Position numbers and translations under genes: made by a program. A stretch of 64,000 nucleotides of DNA from Minisyncoccota bacterium (GTDB taxonomy: Bacteria; Patescibacteriota; Microgenomatia; UBA1400; UBA12028): contig DNEP01000013.1 of NCBI GenBank assembly GCA_003487265.1, forward strand, positions 24,618-88,617, read 5' to 3'. The notes below the pieces were generated by a model. That model searched no databases. It saw nothing but the letters and a program-made list of their open reading frames with translations, and had not been told where the DNA came from. This document shows positions 47,990 to 58,166 of this stretch, piece by piece. Every line of letters begins with the position of its first letter. Position 1 is the first letter of the stretch.

Positions 47990-48790
47990 TTACTCTGTTA
48001 CAACAAACAGGAGATTCGCAGTCGCTTTTTCTGTAATGAGTTTATCTTTCACCGTTACTTTTTTAGAACTCCATTCTTTTCCATCCCATGTATGCAAAGT
48101 TGCAGTTGAAACTTCCTTTGAAACACGAACCTCGGCCGACCCCGCTGATGTAAACTCGGAGACGCCTGCTATGGAGTACGGCCCTGCAATAATCTCTCCT
48201 TCGATTGGTGCAGGCAACCCGGGGCTTTGATACACAATCATATATTGCTGAGATTTCTCGGGTTTTGTGAAAGTAAAATGAAACTTTCCATCCTTTGAAC
48301 CCACGGACTCTATCGATTTTTTCATCTCGATATAGTTCCAAGTGTTTTCGAGTTTATAGTTTTCATCATAAAATGACAGCGTCAACATTCCACCAGTCAC
48401 GTTTTCGTGATAGGTGATCTTTCCTCCGCCACTTTTTGAGCCCAACAGAATCGTTTTTGTTACAGGAAAGGTTGTGGACATCGGTAATGATCCAATCGCC
48501 GCTTCTTGCTTATCGCCGGACGCATACTGCAACTCAAAATCAACCGAGTCCGCCTTTTTCTTCAAGTCGTGCATGACCAACACGACTTCTCGACCTCCTG
48601 TTGGTCGAACGGTCACGTACGGACGCTCGGAAACGGGGATCGTATTTGCGGGGATCGTTAATTTTGGCTTGCGAGATGGAACGGGGGAGGCGGTGGGTTC
48701 AGGGTTACCAGAAACAAATGAAATAATGAGTGCGACCAACGCAACAAAAAGCGTTCCCGCGATTCCTCCAATGGCCCACATCTTTTTCAT
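47990..48790 (-). CDS. Membrane-anchored hypothetical protein
   Basis: N-terminal TM segment, Pro/Ser/Thr linker and beta-rich body; overlaps the glyQS stop. Confidence 0.75.
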   Translation of the reverse strand: MKKMWAIGGIAGTLFVALVALIISFVSGNPEPTASPVPSRKPKLTIPANTIPVSERPYVTVRPTGGREVVLVMHDLKKKADSVDFELQYASGDKQEAAIGSLPMSTTFPVTKTILLGSKSGGGKITYHENVTGGMLTLSFYDENYKLENTWNYIEMKKSIESVGSKDGKFHFTFTKPEKSQQYMIVYQSPGLPAPIEGEIIAGPYSIAGVSEFTSAGSAEVRVSKEVSTATLHTWDGKEWSSKKVTVKDKLITEKATANLLFVVTE

Positions 48791-50172
48791 ACAGCTCCTT
48801 TTAGTTCATCAATTGATATACGAATTTGCGTTGTCGTGTCGCGATCGCGAACGGTGACCGTGTTATCTTCGAGCGTTTGAAAATCAACTGTCACACATGA
48901 AGGTGTCCCAATCTCATCCTGACTTAAATAGCGCTTTCCAATATTTCCACGATCATCCCATGCAACCATCATGTCCTGCGAAAGTGAATCGTATACTTCT
49001 CGCGCTTTTTTCACGAGTTCTTCTTTGTTTGATAACAGCGGAAACACCGCAACGCGGTACGGCGCGAGTGTCTTTGGAAGCGCAAAAATGACACGACCAT
49101 CATCCATCTTTTTCAACGCATCACAAAGCAAAACCAAAAATAACCGCGTGACTCCGACCGCAGGCTCAATCACATGGGGAACAAATTTTTCATTGGTGTA
49201 CGGATCCATGTATCGCAAATCCGCACCGCTGTGTTTCATCTGTGCGTTCAAATCATAATCCGTACGGTATGCAAGTCCCCATACCTCTTTAAATCCGAAT
49301 GGAAAGTTATATTCGAGATCAACCGTTCGCAAACTGTAGAACGATCGCTCTTCCTCAGAATGCTCGCGCCATCGCACACGATCGGCATTCACACCCAAAT
49401 CATCCACAACAAACGAATTCATGCGCTTCTGCCAGTCCTCAAACAGCGCTTTCCAATCATGTGTCTTTGGATTGAAGAAATATTCGATTTCTGCTTGCTC
49501 AAATTCAAGAGTGCGAAAAATAAAGTTTCCTTTTGTGATCTCATTTCGAAAACTCTTTCCCATTTGAGCAAGACCAAAAGGCAATCGAACGCGCACAGAA
49601 TCCAAAACCGATTTAAACAAATAAAACATTCCCTGTGCGGTTTCACCTCGAAGATACGCAAGCGACTGCTCACCTTCAAGGATTCCCATTTTTACCGGAA
49701 AAAGCAGATTGAATTTGCGAACCTCGGTCCAAGAAAACTTTCCACACTTTGGACAAAGAATATGATGTTCAGCAATCATTGCAGAAAATTCATCAGTCGA
49801 TTTTCCTTCCACCTTCACTTCCGATCCATCAGCGGGAGGATGCGCAACAAAAAAGTCCTCAATCAAGTGATCCGCGCGCATGCGCGTGTGACATTCTTTA
49901 CAATCGATCATCGCGTCAGCAAAAGATGAAACATGTCCCGAAGCTTTCCACACATCAGCATGGGAAATAATACCCGCTTCCAAAGGCAAAACGTCGGTTC
50001 GCGAATAGACCATTTTTTTCCACCACAAAGCGCGAAGACTTTTCAACAACAGCGCACCCATTGGACCAAAATCATATGAGTTGGCAAGTCCACCGTAAAT
50101 TTCAGCAGATGGATACACAAATCCTCTGCGTTTTGCAAATGCAACGACCTCATCCAAGGTAAATTGATCCAT
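48787..50172 (-). CDS. glyQS: Glycyl-tRNA synthetase, alpha2 type
   Basis: KRRGF...EIYGG, YLRGETAQG, GKSFRNEI, HVIEP and IGKRY...DEIGTP motifs. Confidence 0.96.
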   Translation of the reverse strand: MDQFTLDEVVAFAKRRGFVYPSAEIYGGLANSYDFGPMGALLLKSLRALWWKKMVYSRTDVLPLEAGIISHADVWKASGHVSSFADAMIDCKECHTRMRADHLIEDFFVAHPPADGSEVKVEGKSTDEFSAMIAEHHILCPKCGKFSWTEVRKFNLLFPVKMGILEGEQSLAYLRGETAQGMFYLFKSVLDSVRVRLPFGLAQMGKSFRNEITKGNFIFRTLEFEQAEIEYFFNPKTHDWKALFEDWQKRMNSFVVDDLGVNADRVRWREHSEEERSFYSLRTVDLEYNFPFGFKEVWGLAYRTDYDLNAQMKHSGADLRYMDPYTNEKFVPHVIEPAVGVTRLFLVLLCDALKKMDDGRVIFALPKTLAPYRVAVFPLLSNKEELVKKAREVYDSLSQDMMVAWDDRGNIGKRYLSQDEIGTPSCVTVDFQTLEDNTVTVRDRDTTTQIRISIDELKGAV

Positions 50173-50195
50173 AGTTTCCTTGTGGTTATTTAATC

Positions 50196-50747
50196 CTAGA
50201 CACCAGACACAGTCAAGTAATCGAAACTACGAAGTTTTTTTTCAATTGCATGCTCAACATTTTGTGAAATTGGAAGTTGAGGATCAACATAATATCCCTG
50301 CAAACGCAACATTTGTTGAAGACGTTCAACAAGCAACTCTCGTCGATTTCCGGACGTATACGCATCCCATTCAACAAGCACTTGAAGCGAAGAAGCGAGA
50401 AGCGAGTACATCTCAGCATCTGGCTCACCATCGGCCAAAAGTGCATCACAAATTTCAAGAATTTGATGCAACGCTTTTGAAATGTGAAGATCTTTGTACG
50501 CGCCCTGAACGTCCTGAATCAGTACCGCCTGCGTGATGATTGGCATTCCCTTCCCCATCGAAAGTGAGCACGAAATGGTGCATCCAGGTTCCAATGCTGA
50601 CTTTTTTGAGGATGAAACTTTTCGCACACCTTTCGCGATACAACTTACCCGTCCAAATTCTTGTGTAAAAAGGGTAACAACGCGATCCGCTTCCCCCGTC
50701 CTCGCGTGACGAAGCACAATAGCCTCTGTAGTGGAGTAATCGCGCAT
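50196..50747 (-). CDS. recO: DNA repair protein RecO (short form)
   Basis: EAIVLR...GEADRVVTLFT.EFGRV..IAKGVRK..S. Confidence 0.9.
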   Translation of the reverse strand: MRDYSTTEAIVLRHARTGEADRVVTLFTQEFGRVSCIAKGVRKVSSSKKSALEPGCTISCSLSMGKGMPIITQAVLIQDVQGAYKDLHISKALHQILEICDALLADGEPDAEMYSLLASSLQVLVEWDAYTSGNRRELLVERLQQMLRLQGYYVDPQLPISQNVEHAIEKKLRSFDYLTVSGV

Positions 50748-50749
50748 AA

Positions 50750-53014
50750 TTAAAACGGAATCACAACAGATTTATCCATATCGAGTTTGAGTTCCGTTTC
50801 ACCACCCTCAACATCAAACAAATGCGTCACATCATCTGTTCCACCTTGTTTCTGCATAAACAAACGGTATTCAGTTGCAGTGTACGGTACTTGATAACTC
50901 AAAGTGATTTTGGTTTGCCCCATAGGCACAACGCGAAACACCCCTTCAATTACCATATGATCGCCTTCTTCGTATGTTTTCACCGAATCCGTGTTAAACC
51001 CAAGAGACTCATCGAGTACAGAACCTTTGGGTACGTAGGCGCGGAACCAGTCGGTTAGCTCACCATTCAAACAGAGTTGTCCTGCCTCAAGATTACAGTT
51101 GGAAGCGGGAAACGCGTTTTTATACGTAAGCTCAACGGTTTTCTTCACCATTCCATTCTGTGGAGCGCTCACGGTGTGTTTCACCGATTGCTTCACAAAC
51201 ATATTTGATTTCGCTCCACCTAAGTTCACGTCAACAAGCATCAAATAGTCTTCCCCTGCGACAGGCGCCTTCAAACGTCCCGCGGCGCCAACTGTTTCAG
51301 CCGCTTTCTGTGTTTTTTCATCAAAGAAATAGAACTGCACGTGTTTCCCTTGAACATTCGCCCACGCTGATTGGAACAGTGTCGGCCATTGCGACTTTGG
51401 CGCGTCGTACGCCTTCGAAATGATCGCCTGCATCATCGGACCGATGATTCCTTTTCTATCTTCGCGAATATACGGTGTGGGTCGATCCACGATCTCACTA
51501 AGCGCGTAGATAATCTGCGCACAGTCACATCGTTTATCTTTTTCTGCGGTGAACGTTCCATACCCAGGAACTTGAATCGGGCCCAGCACCTCAACGAGAT
51601 TTTCAAGTACATGCGTATCCATCGCGATGATTCCATCAATTTCATGTGGTTCACCGGGGACATCCTGAAAGTGCTCCCAAAAAGTGTCCATCGATTTCTT
51701 AAAGTCGGGATCAATGTTCATGTCGCGCAGGTTCCATTTTTTCTCTGTGGTCAATCCAACTTTCAGAATTTCTGGGATTGCGGGCTTTTTCGCAAATTTC
51801 TTATCGAGTTCGTAGATATCATCGGATTTTTCTTGTGTCACAACGCCATTTTCAACAAAAATAAACGCATAGGCGGTCATAAATCCACCCGTGGCGCGCA
51901 ACTCCTTGTCGTTTTGAAAAATCACCAGATATCGTTTTCGTTTCCCATCCGCTCCCCCAACACTTGGCAGTACCTCAAGTACAGGGCGACCTTCCTTGAT
52001 CGCAACAGATGCCTGCGCACTCAACTGTTTTGCTTTTGTGATTTTTGATCGGATCGAAATACCGCGAACGGACTCTGGGTATCGATTCTCATCAATCATT
52101 GAAAGTTCCGTATTAATTGTGTCTAATTTTGTGGATATTTGATCCATTACCGGCATAACCTTGTCGAGTGTCGTCAACGCGAGTTGAATACGGTTTTCTA
52201 CCGACCCACCCGTAAACGTCCCCTCGCCAGCAAATCCAAGCACATCTGCATACGGTTCAATCGCTTGTAATGCAAGCTCTCCCACTTCTATTGCAGTCTG
52301 CCCAGCGTTCATCGTGTGTTCACCATCTTGATAATAGGATCCCGCAAATGGAATCTTGCCTGTCCAGGAAAGCGCCGAATACGCACGATGAAGCTCTTTC
52401 ATTTTTTCATCAGCAGAAAGGAGGTGTTTTTTTGCCTCAACTAAGTTTTGCGCCTTAATTTCAGCGTACGACCCACGAGCAGACACTTCGATTTCTCGTA
52501 CAATGGCAATCATTCCTTGAGCATGTTGATAAAAATAAAATCCCAATGCGCCGAACACACCTATTATCACAAAAAGGGAAAGAAAAATCCCAAGCACCCA
52601 TTTTCCCAGTTTTGATTTTTTCTTTGTTTTCGCAATCTCAACGGGTTTTTCCCTAGAGAGAATTTGATCAAGTACAAGTTTTTTCTCTCCAACATCATCA
52701 TCTTCATCCTTATGAAAAATGGAGATCTTTCGAAAGGGAACCGCTTTTCTTTCATCTTCGTCATCATCATCTGTTTGATTTACGGAAGGCATTCCACCGA
52801 GTGGTTGTTCAAGATCAAGTGTTGAGATTTCTTTTTCTAAATCATCGAGCACAGGAGGTGTTTCTTTTTCAACTCGAGCATCTTCGTTTAAACTCGACTC
52901 AGTTGATGTGACTTTTGGAGAACTTGGGTTTGCATCAGATTCATCTAGAATTCGACGAAGAATCTCGAGCGGATCCTCTGTGTTTCTTGATGTGTTTTGT
53001 GACGGGGCAGTCAT
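50750..53014 (-). CDS. DUF4012-domain membrane-anchored protein
   Basis: YLVIFQND.ELRATGGF, LRDMN.DPDF, IDGIIAMD and N.GG.KSN motifs; acidic disordered N-terminus. Confidence 0.85.
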   Translation of the reverse strand: MTAPSQNTSRNTEDPLEILRRILDESDANPSSPKVTSTESSLNEDARVEKETPPVLDDLEKEISTLDLEQPLGGMPSVNQTDDDDEDERKAVPFRKISIFHKDEDDDVGEKKLVLDQILSREKPVEIAKTKKKSKLGKWVLGIFLSLFVIIGVFGALGFYFYQHAQGMIAIVREIEVSARGSYAEIKAQNLVEAKKHLLSADEKMKELHRAYSALSWTGKIPFAGSYYQDGEHTMNAGQTAIEVGELALQAIEPYADVLGFAGEGTFTGGSVENRIQLALTTLDKVMPVMDQISTKLDTINTELSMIDENRYPESVRGISIRSKITKAKQLSAQASVAIKEGRPVLEVLPSVGGADGKRKRYLVIFQNDKELRATGGFMTAYAFIFVENGVVTQEKSDDIYELDKKFAKKPAIPEILKVGLTTEKKWNLRDMNIDPDFKKSMDTFWEHFQDVPGEPHEIDGIIAMDTHVLENLVEVLGPIQVPGYGTFTAEKDKRCDCAQIIYALSEIVDRPTPYIREDRKGIIGPMMQAIISKAYDAPKSQWPTLFQSAWANVQGKHVQFYFFDEKTQKAAETVGAAGRLKAPVAGEDYLMLVDVNLGGAKSNMFVKQSVKHTVSAPQNGMVKKTVELTYKNAFPASNCNLEAGQLCLNGELTDWFRAYVPKGSVLDESLGFNTDSVKTYEEGDHMVIEGVFRVVPMGQTKITLSYQVPYTATEYRLFMQKQGGTDDVTHLFDVEGGETELKLDMDKSVVIPF

Positions 53015-53027
53015 AGCGGTTCCTCTT

Positions 53028-53648
53028 TCACCATTTTGAAATCATGGCTTTGGGCGTCTTCAATATAATCAGAATATCATTATATATGGATTTTTGTCCA
53101 GCGTACTCGGCATCCATCTTCGCTCGCTGGTTGAATGGAATCTCGTTTCTCCCCGATGTTTGCCATGGACCCGTGATTCCAGGTCGTACAGAAAGAATGG
53201 TGTTAATAAGTGGCTTAGTTTCAGGATATTTCTCCATTTGCTCATCCAGTTCTTTTCGCACATATGCGCGCGGGCCAATCATACTCATATCACCTTTAAA
53301 CACATTAAAGATTTGAGGAAACTCATCAATCGTCAGGGATCTCAGAATCCTTCCAAGTCGCGTGATGCGCGGATCGTGTTCAAGTTTCCAGTCATTGCGC
53401 TTAAACTCAGCGAGAAGTTTTTTGTCTTTTTCATGTAAAATCTCATCCGCATCCTCAACCATCGACCGAAATTTGTACAGATAAATTGTTTTTCCATCTT
53501 TTCCAACTCGTTTATGTGTAAAAATAATCGGCCCCGTTGAGTCCAACATAATTAAGATTGGAACAATAATCCACACAGGGAAGAATAGAATCAATAAAAT
53601 GGATGCAAGAATAAGGTCAAGTATTCTTTTTTGTTGGTTGTAGGACAT
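53028..53648 (-). CDS. Priming sugar-phosphate transferase (bacterial sugar transferase family)
   Basis: KRILD, YKFRSM, DPRIT, DEFPQ and RPGITG motifs. Confidence 0.93.
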   Translation of the reverse strand: MSYNQQKRILDLILASILLILFFPVWIIVPILIMLDSTGPIIFTHKRVGKDGKTIYLYKFRSMVEDADEILHEKDKKLLAEFKRNDWKLEHDPRITRLGRILRSLTIDEFPQIFNVFKGDMSMIGPRAYVRKELDEQMEKYPETKPLINTILSVRPGITGPWQTSGRNEIPFNQRAKMDAEYAGQKSIYNDILIILKTPKAMISKW

Positions 53649-53656
53649 GACTTCTC

Positions 53657-54754
53657 CTATAAAAGATGCAGTTTTTTTTGTTCTTTTAATTGTGTGACAA
53701 TTTTTTTCACATCTTGTGAACGATGTTTAGGGATGACTAACAATATTTCATCGGTGTCAACAATCACCATATCTTCAACGCCGACGATCGCCACACATTT
53801 TCCATCCGCATAGACCAAATTTCGATGAGCATCCAGCACTTCGATTTCACCAGAATCTTTTTCGCGTAAAATTGCGTTGTCAAAAGCGTCTTTTTTTGAG
53901 AGATCATACACCACAGACCAATCTCCAATATCATTCCATCCAAAATCCCCAGGAACAAGATAGAGATTGTTCGCCTTTTCACTTACCGCGTAATCAATCG
54001 AGATTGACTCAACAGATTCATAGGCCTTTTTCATCGCGTCACCAAAAGAATCCGTTCCAATGGCGGGAAGAACCGCATGAATCGCCTGAAAAATTTGAGG
54101 CGCATATGTTTCAAGCGCCTGAAAAAGAGCTTCACAAGACCAAGTGTAGTTGTTTGCATTCCAAAAGTACTTTCCAGACGCAATAAACGATTGTGCCAAC
54201 TCAAGATTCGGTTTTTCGCGAAAACTCGTAACCGAGTACACGGGAAGGTTGTGTAGCGTTGCGTTTTGCGATCCAATTTGGATGTATCCTAAACCCGTAT
54301 GGGGAAACGTTGGAGAAATACCAACCGCCACCAACTTCGACACATCTGTGGCAACCTCAACCGCCACCTGCATTACGTGTTCAAACTCTTTCTGATCTGT
54401 CACCACATGATCAGAGGCAAAGTTCATCACCACGGCTTTTGGATCACGAGAATAGATCGCCATCGCTCCCAATGCCATCGCCATCGCCGTTTCACGTTTC
54501 ATTGGTTCTTGAATGATCTGCGTATCGGAAAGTTCGGGCACCTCACGACGAACATCAGCGTACTGTGACGCGTTTGTAATGATAAAAATGTGATCCCAAT
54601 CAACAAGCGCTTGTACACGATCCACGGTCATTCGAAGTAATGTTTTTTCGCCTCCAAGCTTGAGTAATTGTTTTGGAGATTTCTCTCGAGATTTCGGCCA
54701 AAGTCGAGTACCTCCGCCCCCTGCTAAAATTAACGCGAATGCGTGGTTATCCAT
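53657..54754 (-). CDS. manC: Mannose-1-phosphate guanylyltransferase
   Basis: LAGGGGTRLWPKSR..PKQ, FREKP, SIDYAV.EK and WNDIG motifs. Confidence 0.92.
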   Translation of the reverse strand: MDNHAFALILAGGGGTRLWPKSREKSPKQLLKLGGEKTLLRMTVDRVQALVDWDHIFIITNASQYADVRREVPELSDTQIIQEPMKRETAMAMALGAMAIYSRDPKAVVMNFASDHVVTDQKEFEHVMQVAVEVATDVSKLVAVGISPTFPHTGLGYIQIGSQNATLHNLPVYSVTSFREKPNLELAQSFIASGKYFWNANNYTWSCEALFQALETYAPQIFQAIHAVLPAIGTDSFGDAMKKAYESVESISIDYAVSEKANNLYLVPGDFGWNDIGDWSVVYDLSKKDAFDNAILREKDSGEIEVLDAHRNLVYADGKCVAIVGVEDMVIVDTDEILLVIPKHRSQDVKKIVTQLKEQKKLHLL

Positions 54755-55859
54755 AAATGATCCTCCTCCAGTTCGTTTCAAAACTCAATTGATCAAGTTT
54801 TTTTACATCTTCTCGAATAAGACGAGAGTTCCACTGTACCCCATCATACCGTTCGATACCAGCATCAAGTGCTTCGTCCATCTCATTTTGTATCAATATC
54901 CCTGTCACATTATCACGAATGAGTTCTGCGTTTCCGCTTTTTACATGCGTGATCGCAGGTCGGCCAGCACGCATCGCCTCAATCGCACTTAATCCAAAAT
55001 CCTCTTCACCGACCATCAGTAACGCTTCACACACCTGATAGTATCCGAGAACTTCTCCTTCTGTCAAATAGCCAAGAAAATGAATATATGAAGAATGATG
55101 TGCGAGGTGTCGCAGTCTGTTTTCGTCGCTTCCTTTGCCGATAATGATCAAGTGACGTTTTTTCTTCATGCAGACACGAATTGCGACATCAATTCGTTTG
55201 TATGGAACAAGTCGAGATACAATAAGAAAAAACCGATATGTATGCTGGGGAAGTTGTATTAGAGGCATTTTTTCCAAATCGAGTTGGATCGGAGGATAGA
55301 TCACACGATCACACACACGTTCGTAACATGCCTGAACACGGTGCTGAATCACATTTGAAATCGCCACATATTTGTCTGGTCGTTGTGCGAAAGCAAGATC
55401 CGCAATCCGCGCAAATTTTCGATACCAACGAAACAACGGTCGAAGCACTCGAAAGATTCCACGAAAAAAATCATGCTCATATCGCTCCGAGTGCGTCCAC
55501 AAATATCGCGTAGGAGTCAACATATAACAAATGTGTTGTGTATGTGGTTTCGTGAGAACGCACTTTGCATACTCACTCGTCACAGAAATAACGATATCGA
55601 ATTCGGAAAGATCAAACTGTTCAAATGCAAGTGGCATCAGTGTGGATAGTTTTGTATGATCTCGAAGAAATCTTGGAAGATATTGTAAAAAACTCGTTTG
55701 AACTTGAAACACCGATGCCCACGGCGCGAGTTCTTTCTCGTAAACTGAAGTAAATAACGGCGCAGACGGAAAAATATCGTGCAACGCGAGTAAAATCCGC
55801 TCGGCGCCTCCAATCGAGTTTATGCGATCGTATACAAGAGCAACGCGTGGATTAGTCAT
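54747..55859 (-). CDS. Glycosyltransferase family 4
   Basis: GGAER, SRLVPYKR and EDFG...IEAM motifs. Confidence 0.9.
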   Translation of the reverse strand: MTNPRVALVYDRINSIGGAERILLALHDIFPSAPLFTSVYEKELAPWASVFQVQTSFLQYLPRFLRDHTKLSTLMPLAFEQFDLSEFDIVISVTSEYAKCVLTKPHTQHICYMLTPTRYLWTHSERYEHDFFRGIFRVLRPLFRWYRKFARIADLAFAQRPDKYVAISNVIQHRVQACYERVCDRVIYPPIQLDLEKMPLIQLPQHTYRFFLIVSRLVPYKRIDVAIRVCMKKKRHLIIIGKGSDENRLRHLAHHSSYIHFLGYLTEGEVLGYYQVCEALLMVGEEDFGLSAIEAMRAGRPAITHVKSGNAELIRDNVTGILIQNEMDEALDAGIERYDGVQWNSRLIREDVKKLDQLSFETNWRRIIYG

Positions 55860-56934
55860 AATCTTGATACGTTTGAAAAACCGTTTTGGCGTGATTCATC
55901 CAAGAATACCGTTTTGATTGAAGAAGACCTCGTTTTATATACATGGCTCGCATAGACGAATCTTTTAGCACATTCATCGCATCGGTAAAAGATGACTCAT
56001 CATCAAAATGCACATATAAAACCGCATCACCGTACACCTCGTGAAAAATTGGAATATCTGAACATACTACTGGACATTCCCGCGACATTGCTTCAAGACC
56101 GGGTAATCCAAACCCTTCCGAACTACTGGGAAATAAAAATGCAAATGCATTCGTGTATAACTCAGCGAGTTCATCATCCGAAGGATGTTCAATAATCTCC
56201 ACACGAGAATCCAGTTCATATTCCTGAACTTTTTGACGAAAACGATCCAAAAACACCGATCGCGAAGAGGCGAGTTTTAAATGAAGCCCTGAATGTCTTT
56301 TAAGATGTGGAAGAACACGATCAATGTTCTTATGTGGATAAAGACTCCCCACACACAACAGATATGGATCTTGTGAATGTGGCGTTGTGTGTACGGAAGA
56401 AAAAGGTGTCACGCCTTCGTATGCTACGGTGATTGGGGCATGCTGGGGATAATATTTTTCAACAATTTTCTCCACCACCTGAGAGGGAACGACAATATGT
56501 CTCGCATTTTCCACCGCGTGTTTCACAATCATCCGATAAAAGGCGTACTTCATAAAATGAACAATAGGATGAAGCGTTGTGGCACGAGTATCCTTCTTTT
56601 CATGCCACAACAGGTCGTGAATTGTCACAACAAACGGCGTTGGACAAATATACGGCACATTAAAATGCGGAATGTGCACAAGCGAAACTCCTGAGCGCCA
56701 AATGACAAATGGCATCACGAGTTGTTCTAATACTGAATAATGAGAAACCTTAACCTCGACCAAACGAAATCGAGTATCTTGGGAAAGCCACGCAAACGCG
56801 GAAATGTCTGAAACAAAGATAACAAACTCATCAGAAAACGACAAGTTCGCCAAAGCACGTATGAGATTTTCAATATACCGACCAATCCCCGCGTTTTTTG
56901 TTCCAGAAAGTCGAGCATCTATACCGATGCGCAT
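55852..56934 (-). CDS. Glycosyltransferase family 4 (mannosyltransferase-like)
   Basis: GIDAR, GIGRY, TIHD, HKN and EGFGLPGLEAM motifs. Confidence 0.9.
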   Translation of the reverse strand: MRIGIDARLSGTKNAGIGRYIENLIRALANLSFSDEFVIFVSDISAFAWLSQDTRFRLVEVKVSHYSVLEQLVMPFVIWRSGVSLVHIPHFNVPYICPTPFVVTIHDLLWHEKKDTRATTLHPIVHFMKYAFYRMIVKHAVENARHIVVPSQVVEKIVEKYYPQHAPITVAYEGVTPFSSVHTTPHSQDPYLLCVGSLYPHKNIDRVLPHLKRHSGLHLKLASSRSVFLDRFRQKVQEYELDSRVEIIEHPSDDELAELYTNAFAFLFPSSSEGFGLPGLEAMSRECPVVCSDIPIFHEVYGDAVLYVHFDDESSFTDAMNVLKDSSMRAMYIKRGLLQSKRYSWMNHAKTVFQTYQDYD

Positions 56935-56938
56935 GCAG

Positions 56939-57286
56939 TTATTTCTCCAGTTGCGCGAGCTCGTTTTCAAGCATTCTCATCTTTTTGTATCGAAGCACGT
57001 TCGAAACAATGACGAATGTCCCAAACACAAGCGCAACCACATTGAATATCACTGGAATCATCGTTAACATTTCAATATTCACCACGCGCTCCGACTTTCC
57101 GGAATCATACATATAGCGATAGATAAGATCTGGAAGCGCACTGGACGCAACAAGAGAAAAGGCAACAACGAATAATCCTTCAATCGCAAAAAGAATTTTG
57201 TCTAATCGCAACTGTTGAATTTGAAATTGAAGATCTTCACGAGTAACTTTTGGAAACGCGTGTGATTGTTTTTTACTTGCTGGCAT
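56939..57286 (-). CDS. Small two-TM hypothetical membrane protein
   Basis: SD AAGGAG upstream, two hydrophobic segments, embedded in the GT cluster. Confidence 0.65.
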   Translation of the reverse strand: MPASKKQSHAFPKVTREDLQFQIQQLRLDKILFAIEGLFVVAFSLVASSALPDLIYRYMYDSGKSERVVNIEMLTMIPVIFNVVALVFGTFVIVSNVLRYKKMRMLENELAQLEK

Positions 57287-58166
57287 GAACTGCTCCTTTC
57301 AAAAAACGAATACATCGAATACCTATAATGACAAACCATCCAAAAATCGTGGAACGATAGTGTTTCTTATAGAATATCTCCATTGTATCAAAAAAATATC
57401 GAAAAGCACGCGAATGCTCAGATTTCTTTCCCAAACCCGCTTGATACTTCAAATGTGTGAGTTCTGTGCGAGGATCGTACACAATCTTCCAACCCGCCTT
57501 TTTGAATCGATAACACCAATCTAGATCCTCACCATAGAAAAAGTAATCCTCATCAAACAATCCCACTTTTTGCATTGCAGAACTTCGAATCAACATTCCC
57601 GCACCCGTACACGCATCGATTTCATGTAGAGTATTGATATCTTTCCAGCGCTGATGATATCCACAGAAAATTCTGTTGAGTACAGGAACGTGGGCAAAAA
57701 GTTTTTCTGCACCCAAAAAATACCAACTCGCATTCCACGGAGTTGGAATACCACGATGACTCGACCAATCAAGATCTCCCGACGGCAACACAATGCGAGG
57801 AGAAACAACCGCAACGGTTTCATCTTCGAAATTGGAAAGGAGTAACTGCAAATCAAATTGTGATTTCAACACGGTGTCCGCGTTTAATAACAGCACAAAT
57901 TCCGTACTAACATTTTTGAGCGCAACGTTATTCCCCGCCGCAAATCCCAAGTTTTTTTCATTTTCAATCAACAACACCTGAGAAAATTGTTCTCGAATCA
58001 TTTGTTGCGATCCATCCGATGAACCATTATCAACCACCACAACGTGTAGCGGAATCGAAACATATTGAAATAATGATTCAAGCGCGTTTCTCAACACATC
58101 TTTTGTGTTATATGAGAGATACACCACCGTTACGTTCGGAACAGTACCATCAATAGATTTAAACAT
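57273..58166 (-). CDS. Glycosyltransferase family 2 (WbbL/rhamnosyltransferase-like)
   Basis: VDNGSSD, NLGFAAGNN, LNAD and FFYGEDLDWC motifs. Confidence 0.9.
   Translation of the reverse strand: MFKSIDGTVPNVTVVYLSYNTKDVLRNALESLFQYVSIPLHVVVVDNGSSDGSQQMIREQFSQVLLIENEKNLGFAAGNNVALKNVSTEFVLLLNADTVLKSQFDLQLLLSNFEDETVAVVSPRIVLPSGDLDWSSHRGIPTPWNASWYFLGAEKLFAHVPVLNRIFCGYHQRWKDINTLHEIDACTGAGMLIRSSAMQKVGLFDEDYFFYGEDLDWCYRFKKAGWKIVYDPRTELTHLKYQAGLGKKSEHSRAFRYFFDTMEIFYKKHYRSTIFGWFVIIGIRCIRFLKGAVHASK

Noticed and set aside
49174-49929. 251-aa antisense ORF, and similar ones at 51371-52048, 29948-30544 and 23056-23583
   Set aside because: They lie opposite conserved genes and have no recognisable motifs, so they are shadow ORFs.
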